This document shows positions 58,619-64,000 of a DNA stretch of 64,000 bases, one piece after another. Within the stretch, counting starts at the first letter, position 1; the number at the start of each line of letters is the position of its first letter. A program made the position numbers and the translations under genes. Below the pieces are notes generated by a model that did no database searches, was not told the origin of the DNA, and saw only the letters and a list, made by a program, of their open reading frames with translations. Source of the DNA: Truepera sp. (lineage in GTDB: Bacteria > Deinococcota > Deinococci > Deinococcales > Trueperaceae). Where the stretch lies: positions 1,376,001 through 1,440,000 of the forward strand of contig CBDCKW010000009.1 of assembly GCA_965218435.1 (NCBI GenBank), read 5' to 3'.

Positions 58619-59316
58619 GGACGCACCGGGTTTTCGTTCCTACGCTAAAGCTGGGTGAAACGGCGTTGACGGGGGGTGAAGCGCAACATCTCGCGCAAGT
58701 TTTGCGGGTTCAACCTGGGGCCAAAGTCCGGGCGTTTGACGGTGCGGGGCTCGAGGCGGACGGGCTCGTTTCTGAAGTTGACGCCTTCCGTGTAACGGTG
58801 CAACTAGGAGACCCGGAGCCGAGTACGGTCGAGGCGGCGTTAGACATCACGCTGGCGGTGGCGCTCCTCAAAGGTGACAAACTGAGCGAGGTTGTCCGGC
58901 GCGGGACTGAACTCGGCGTAGACCGGTTTGTCCTCTTCGTCAGCGAACGTTGCGACGCGCGGGCGCTCTCGCCGAACAAGTTGGAGCGGCTCCGGCGGGT
59001 TGCCCAAGAAGCGTCGAAACAGTCAGGGCGGAGTGTCGTACCCGAGGTGACGGTCGTAGGAGGGCTGGGGGCGCTGCCCTTAGATGGGCTTTGCGTCGTC
59101 GCGGACCCCAAAGCTAAACAAACGCTGCGTCACCTCGACGACATCACCGAGCCCGTGACCGTTATTACCGGACCCGAAGGCGGCTTAAGCGACGCTGAAA
59201 TCACTGACTTAACCGGACGCGGCGCTCACAGCGTGCGGCTCGGCGCACGTATTTTACGCGCGGAGACGGCCCCGATTGCCGTCGCTGCCGCGCTGCTCAT
59301 CCCGGAGGCGTTATGA
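58615..59316 (+). CDS. rsmE: 16S rRNA m3U1498 methyltransferase
   Basis: HLAQVLR, TELGV, EASKQSGR, GPEGG, LGARILRAETA. Confidence 0.94.
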   Translation: MRTHRVFVPTLKLGETALTGGEAQHLAQVLRVQPGAKVRAFDGAGLEADGLVSEVDAFRVTVQLGDPEPSTVEAALDITLAVALLKGDKLSEVVRRGTELGVDRFVLFVSERCDARALSPNKLERLRRVAQEASKQSGRSVVPEVTVVGGLGALPLDGLCVVADPKAKQTLRHLDDITEPVTVITGPEGGLSDAEITDLTGRGAHSVRLGARILRAETAPIAVAAALLIPEAL

Positions 59317-59705
59317 CCCGCATTTTCCTTGTCTGCGCGTTGCTGCTACTCGGTGGCTGCACCTTCACCTATATTCCGCCCTTACGTGAGGCTAGGGCTC
59401 CCGAACCCCGGTTGAGTATTTTGGATCAGAGTGCGCTTAAGCAAAGCGAAACCTCACTCGAGCTCAACTTGAGGCTGGCCACGGTTCCTGAAGCTGACTG
59501 GCTGACTGTCCAGTGGTTTGACCCCGCGAACGACGAGGTGGCCGCCGAGTCGGTGTGGATAGGGCCTGCCCCTAAACCGCAAGCGGTCGCGGTGTCTTTA
59601 CCGGCGCGGACGGCGCTTAAAGACGGCCTTTGGCGCGCGGTGGTGTCGTATCAAGGGGAGTTGGCACGGCAGTTTTCGGTGACGGTTAGAGTGCCGCGTA
59701 ACTAG
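59313..59705 (+). CDS. Hypothetical lipoprotein
   Basis: Lipobox LGGC; ATGA coupling to rsmE. Confidence 0.7.
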   Translation: MTRIFLVCALLLLGGCTFTYIPPLREARAPEPRLSILDQSALKQSETSLELNLRLATVPEADWLTVQWFDPANDEVAAESVWIGPAPKPQAVAVSLPARTALKDGLWRAVVSYQGELARQFSVTVRVPRN

Positions 59706-59869
59706 AATTTTGTTGGCGATCAGAAGCTAAAGCGGGTCATCAGGCGGCGGGGGCCGTTTACAGAACCGAAGATTAGCGTCTACCAAAACAGCCTACGGCA
59801 ACAGTGTCAGTTCAGAGTAAGCCGTTTTGTAGCGGTTCCCGTCCGACGTGAGTAACTGCTCAGCCTGTA

Positions 59870-60210
59870 AGAGCGCGTGCGATCAAAAGGGCGGCTGAAG
59901 GGGCGTTTGCCAAGCTGAACTTATCGCCCAGTGAAGCGGTGAAGGTGTTTTATCGTCAGGTGGAGCTGCGCTGGGGCTCTCCTTTGAGCTGCGCGTCCCC
60001 AACGAAGAGACTGTGTGGGCGATTCGTGACCTCGACGAACGCCGGGGCGTAACGAGCTATGAGGGTCTCGAGGCGTTCGCAACATTGCTAGCTGAGCTGT
60101 AGTTGCGGAAAATCGTCCAAACTACGACGTTTCGGCGCGACAAAAAGCGGGGCAAGGACTTGGGTAAGCTCACAGAAATCGTCGCCAAGCTGGTGCAGGA
60201 GAGACCCCCG
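59870..60210 (+). pseudogene. Decayed dinJ/relB-yafQ toxin-antitoxin pair
   Basis: AEGAFAKLNLSPSEAVKVFYRQV..(frameshift)FELRVPNEET..; then RKIVQTTTFRRDKKRGKDLGKLTEIV, truncated. Confidence 0.7.
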
Positions 60211-60266
60211 AGCACGCCAACGCTGTTCTGCTACGATAGCCTCAGAGCCATAAAGGAGTTGACAAC

Positions 60267-60422
60267 ATGCCGGACCAAAAAGACAAAGCTCAAGACAAAA
60301 AGGCGATGGAGCAAAAAGAAGCGCAGGGCGAAGACCTGTCTGAAAATACGGTACATGAACCGCAACCCGGCAAGAAGCCCAAACTCGAGCGGGACGAGGA
60401 CGGCAACGTCAAAGAGGACTGA
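60267..60422 (+). CDS. Small, highly charged protein (51 aa) missing from the ORF track
   Basis: AAGGAG RBS; MPDQKDKAQDKKAMEQKEAQGEDLSENTVHEPQPGKKPKLERDEDGNVKED*. Confidence 0.6.
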   Translation: MPDQKDKAQDKKAMEQKEAQGEDLSENTVHEPQPGKKPKLERDEDGNVKED

Positions 60423-60554
60423 GCAAATAAGTAGGTAAGCAAATACTCAGATACTCATTTGCTTATCTACTCAGATGATGTTTCGGCACACAGACGGTTT
60501 TAGGCGCACGTCTTACTAGCTGAGCCTCTGCCGAGCCTTTAATCCTTTACCTTA

Positions 60555-60758
60555 TTAAGCCGCGCGGTTAGCAGCGTCAACTTGTAAATCGCCTAACCTC
60601 TCTAGCAAGTCTTCCCGCTGAGCACTTGTCAACCTCGAGCTCTTACCCTCTTCTTCGATACGCTTGGCAATCGCTCTAAGATCATCGAAGCTGCGGTGAG
60701 CACGGTGGCTGATGAACTCGAGCCATTCGCTGTAGGTCGGACCTGAATCAAACGTCAT
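60555..60758 (-). CDS. Hypothetical 67-aa protein
   Basis: Helical charged sequence; G-rich RBS; TTGCCA-17-TATAGT promoter upstream. Confidence 0.6.
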   Translation of the reverse strand: MTFDSGPTYSEWLEFISHRAHRSFDDLRAIAKRIEEEGKSSRLTSAQREDLLERLGDLQVDAANRAA

Positions 60759-60790
60759 AAAGACCCCCTGGTGATTTTTAAGCCTTTTTG

Positions 60791-60905
60791 ACTATACGCC
60801 ATATTTGCATCGTTGGCAATATTCTTGCCAACATTACGTTTTTGAGAACCGACTTTCCAATTTTTGCTTACCCTAAGTGAAGTGTTGGCAATATTTCTGC
60901 CAACA
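60791..60905 (-). promoter_or_regulatory. Sigma70-type promoter with twin palindromic operators
   Basis: -10 TATAGT 60791-60796, -35 TTGCCA 60814-60819; GTTGGCA-N7-TGCCAAC at 60812-60832 and 60884-60904. Confidence 0.6.
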
Positions 60906-60942
60906 TAGATTTAGGCGGATTAAGGGCGCATCATGCAGAAAC

Positions 60943-61383
60943 CTACCGGACCAGCTTAGTTGAGGCTCGAGCCTTGCTAGAACCGGTAGCCGCGCCGACC
61001 TGCTCAGCAATCAGTAAGGCTAGGTCTGCATAGATACGCTCGAAATTACGGCTTATGCGGTGGAACCGGCTCAGCTCAGGCAATACGGGAAAGAGCGGTT
61101 GACAGTCTGACTTGACGAGTAAGTACCACAACCCTTGGTTATTCTGTTGCAATACTCCACCTACCAAAACAATCGTCAAAAGTTCAGCGTAGCTTACCCG
61201 CTGATTACACTTTCGCGGGAGCTTGAAGCGTCCGAGCTGTTGCGCCGCTCGTAAGTAATCGTCTACCAGCACATATACAGCTGTGAAGATGTCTGTTACT
61301 GTTTGTTTCGAGAGAAGTTCTTTGGTTCGCATAAACCTGAGCTTCTCTCGTTCTCTTACAACCTGTCAACTAGCACCCGAGGT
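60943..61383 (-). mobile_element. Truncated IS982-family element (left end and N-terminal transposase)
   Basis: IFTAVYVLVDD, SYAELLTI, LFP.LPELSRF.R; end sequence ACCTCGGGTGCTAGTTG. Confidence 0.75.
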
Positions 61384-61390
61384 AATAAAT

Positions 61391-61692
61391 TAAATCATCT
61401 GCGAAATAGCGCCGAAGGAGTCAAAGGACTAAACTAGCAGGATGAAAGCGAGCCGCTTAAAGAGAAAGCCCAAGCATCTGTATAACTTCACAGGTTTAAG
61501 CGTCGAGCAGTTCAAGTTGCTTAGTAAAGCGGTCGAAGTACGCCTTGCCGAACCAAAAGGCACCCAGGGCAAATTACGTCAACGTGCAGTAGGCGGGGGA
61601 CGCAAGGCAGAACTAGGGGTAGAGGATCAGGTTTTAGGGGTGCTGCTGTATTACCGTTTGTACCTGACCCAGCTGCTACTAGGCTACTTATT
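61391..61692 (+). mobile_element. ISL2-like element copy 3, 3'-truncated
   Basis: Matches the start of copy 2 up to ..GGCTACTTATT, then diverges. Confidence 0.9.
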
Positions 61693-61877
61693 TAGAGGGT
61701 ATTTGAGAAACAACCCCTACTCGTGCTTGAGTAGGGGTTGATGATGAATCGAAAGCAGTATACAACGGACTTAAAGGATGAAGAATGGGCGTGGGCGGTG
61801 CTTACGCCCTATCTACAACGGTTAATGCCTGCAAAAGAGAGAGGGCGACCTTTAGACCATGAGCTACGCTTGTTGAT
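61693..61877 (+). mobile_element. IS5-family (IS1031-like) left end and transposase fragment
   Basis: Starts TA|GAGGG; ORF MMNRKQYTTDLKDEEW..L.P.....GRP. Confidence 0.7.
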
Positions 61878-62309
61878 AAGTGACAGACCGAGCAGGGCAA
61901 ACACCGACACCGCGTAATCCACCAGGTGGCCGCGCCTAAGCGCCGCCGCAACCCCGGCAGGGACTGCGACAAGTAGGGCAACGCAAAGGCTTAAAAAGGT
62001 GAGTTGTAAAGTCACCGGAAACCGCAGCGCCAGGTCGAGGCTGACCGAGCGGCCCATCCGGAGCGAGCTGCCGAGGTCGCCTTGTAACGCCGCTCCAAGC
62101 CACTGGACAAACTGCACGTGAACCGGCAGGTCGAGCCCGAACATACGCTGCAACTCGGCGCGGCGTTCGGGGGTGACGTTGCCCTCGAGCCCCACGAGGT
62201 TCGTTACCACGTCCCCCGGTACGGCCCACATCAACAGAAAGACCACGAGCGCAACGCCTAAAAGTGCAGGCAGAGCAAGTAAGATGCGGCGAGTGAGAAA
62301 GGCAAGCAT
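61878..62309 (-). pseudogene. 3'-truncated DppB-like ABC permease
   Basis: MLAFLTRRILL..PGD..GDLGSS..RFPVTLQL..GLSL then fuses into IS sequence. Confidence 0.85.
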
Positions 62310-62461
62310 AGAGCCTCCGAACGTGAGGCAGTCTATCATTCTGTTTTGAAAGGGCTACACCAGGTTGCCGTGAGAGTGTCGCAGTCGCCAACTACAGCTT
62401 GAAATGGCTACACTGTCAGTAACGACCCAATCTCAATCTCACGTGTATCAAGGAGACCACA

Positions 62462-63664
62462 ATGACCGTCGCCGAAAACCTTGCTCAGCCGATTAGCGCC
62501 GCCGAGTACGCCCAAAGGCGACAAACTTTAGGCGAACACCTCACTCAAGGAGACAGCGGCTTTGTCTGGTGGGGTAGTGCAGCGATCTTCTACTTGACCG
62601 GTTTTCCGTTTGTTCCGACCGAGCGCCCGATTGCGCTGGTCATCAGCCGCGCGGGTGAGGCAGTTTTGCTGGTGCCCCGGCTTGAACTCGAGCACGCTCA
62701 AGCTTACGCCCAGGTCAAGCGCGTCGCGTTTTATCCTGAATATCCCGACGTGCGTCACCCGCTTACTTACCTCGCCGACCTGCTTAAAGAACTCGAGATA
62801 GGGCAAGGCAACCTCCTCGGTGACGGCGATGGGTACGGCGCAGTGATGGGCTACCGAGGGCCGAAACTCTCTGAGCTGCTCAGCGTCAAAATTAAACCGT
62901 TTGGCACCGCCTTAGACGAGACGATGTACGTCAAAAGTGAGCACGAGGTTGCGCTGATCCGCGAGTCCGCGCGGTGGGCGAGCAAAGCGCACCGGCGGTT
63001 GCAAGACTACACTGAAGTCGGCCTGAACGAAAGTGACGTGGCAGAACGGGCGAGTTTCGATACGAACCGTGAGCTGCTCGCCGAATACGGCGGCGCGTAC
63101 CGGGCACTCGCCTGAGGGCGGAGTGGCCCGTTTGCGACCTATCGGGGTCAGGTCGGGGAGCACAGCGCGTTGCCGCACAGCCTCAACGTCAACGCGGTTT
63201 TTAAGGAGGGCGACACGCTCGTCACCGGCGCGAGTTGCCCGATGTTCGGCTACTACAGCGAACTCGAGCGCACGATGTTTATCGGTGAACCGAGCGAAGC
63301 GCAGCGGCGCTACTTCGGTCATATGTTAGCCCTACAAGATTTGGCAATTGACCTGTGCCGAGCAGGGCAGCCGTGCAGCAGTGTTGACCGGGCGGTACGC
63401 GACTATTTTGAGCGACATGACCTGATGGAAACGTGGCGGCATCATACGGGGCACAATATCGGGATTCGCTATCACGAAGGGCCTTTTTTAGACGTGGGTG
63501 ACGACACGTTGATGGAAGCTGGGATGCTCTTTACGGTTGAACCCGGTCTTTACGTGCCGGGTCTCGGCGGCTTCAGGCACTCTGACACGATCCTCGTGAC
63601 CGAAGGCGAGCCTGAGTTTTTAACGGAGTATCCACGGGGGCTTGAAGACCTAATCATCAGCTGA
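62462..63664 (+). pseudogene. M24 Xaa-Pro peptidase with a single in-frame TGA at 63113
   Basis: Both ORFs share a frame: YRALA*GRSGPFATYRGQVG..PH..YYSELERT..HHTGH.IG..HE..TVEPG..GFRHSDT. Confidence 0.85.
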
Positions 63665-63678
63665 CCAAGATGTAGCCC

Positions 63679-64000
63679 TAGTACAGCGACCAGGTAGCAA
63701 TTTAAGACAAGAGCTGATACCTTTTCTCACATGCCAGCGACGATAAAGATAAGTTTGCAAGCCGAAGAACGTAGAGAACTTGAGAAGATAGCGCGTGCGA
63801 ACAAATGCTCAGTCAGAGAAAAGACGCGAGCACGTATCTTGCTGCTGTCGGACACGAACCGTGAGGGAAGTAGTATGCAAGTCGAGGCGATAAAAGCGAA
63901 GCTACGGGTTAGCCCACCCACGGTGGTACGAGTGAAGAAAGCTTTTCTTGAACGAGGGATAGAGTCGGTTGTTCGTAAAGCGCAGAAGCGTCGCAAAGCT
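63679..64000 (+). mobile_element. IS630-family element, left end and HTH N-terminus (runs off the window)
   Basis: TA|GTACAGCG end; ATG 63731 MPATIKISLQAEERRELEKIAR..RARILLLSD..TVVRVKKAFLERG. Confidence 0.8.

Noticed and set aside
60812..60905. CRISPR array or sigma-54 promoter reading of the twin palindromes
   Set aside because: Only two 21-bp copies with a 51-bp gap and no cas genes; GG-N10-GC spacing fits sigma-54, but the symmetry and the overlapping sigma70 promoter favour an operator
63113..63115. Selenocysteine or genetic-code reassignment of TGA
   Set aside because: Context suggests Trp rather than Cys, no convincing SECIS, TGA ends many normal genes here, and the tRNA-Trp has a standard CCA anticodon
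63727..63996. Minus-strand 89-aa ORF
   Set aside because: Antisense to the IS630 transposase start on the plus strand

Overview
A 64-kb chromosomal window of moderately high GC from a bacterium that looks like Deinococcota (Trueperaceae-like). This is inferred from gene content and from many TANNNT-N5/6-start leaderless promoters. Core genes: ThuA-like protein, sugar ABC transporter, desulfhydrase/racemase pair, ubiX-ispD-ispE, ilvD, tRNA-Trp, proC, asparaginase, argG-argH-argA, methylmalonyl-CoA mutase, Fur, peptide ABC transporter, fabI, trpE-trpG-trpD with intercalated genes, ftsH, dnaB, plsY fusion-prmA-rsmE. Accessory material: two full and one truncated copy of a 1048-bp IS5/ISL2-type element, a second ISL2-type IS, IS982/IS1031/IS630/ISAs1 remnants, a 243-bp IS982-derived MITE, a decayed integrase/terminase island at tRNA-Trp, TA modules and three low-GC defence-like singletons. 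The best unexplained signals are an Arg-rich leader peptide plus terminator plus ARG box upstream of argG, a PlsY fused to an acyl-ACP-reductase-like domain, strong over-representation of CTCGAG, twin palindromic operators over the promoter of an orphan small gene, and a Zn-finger/NDT-like candidate defence protein. All calls were made by eye; no searches were run.
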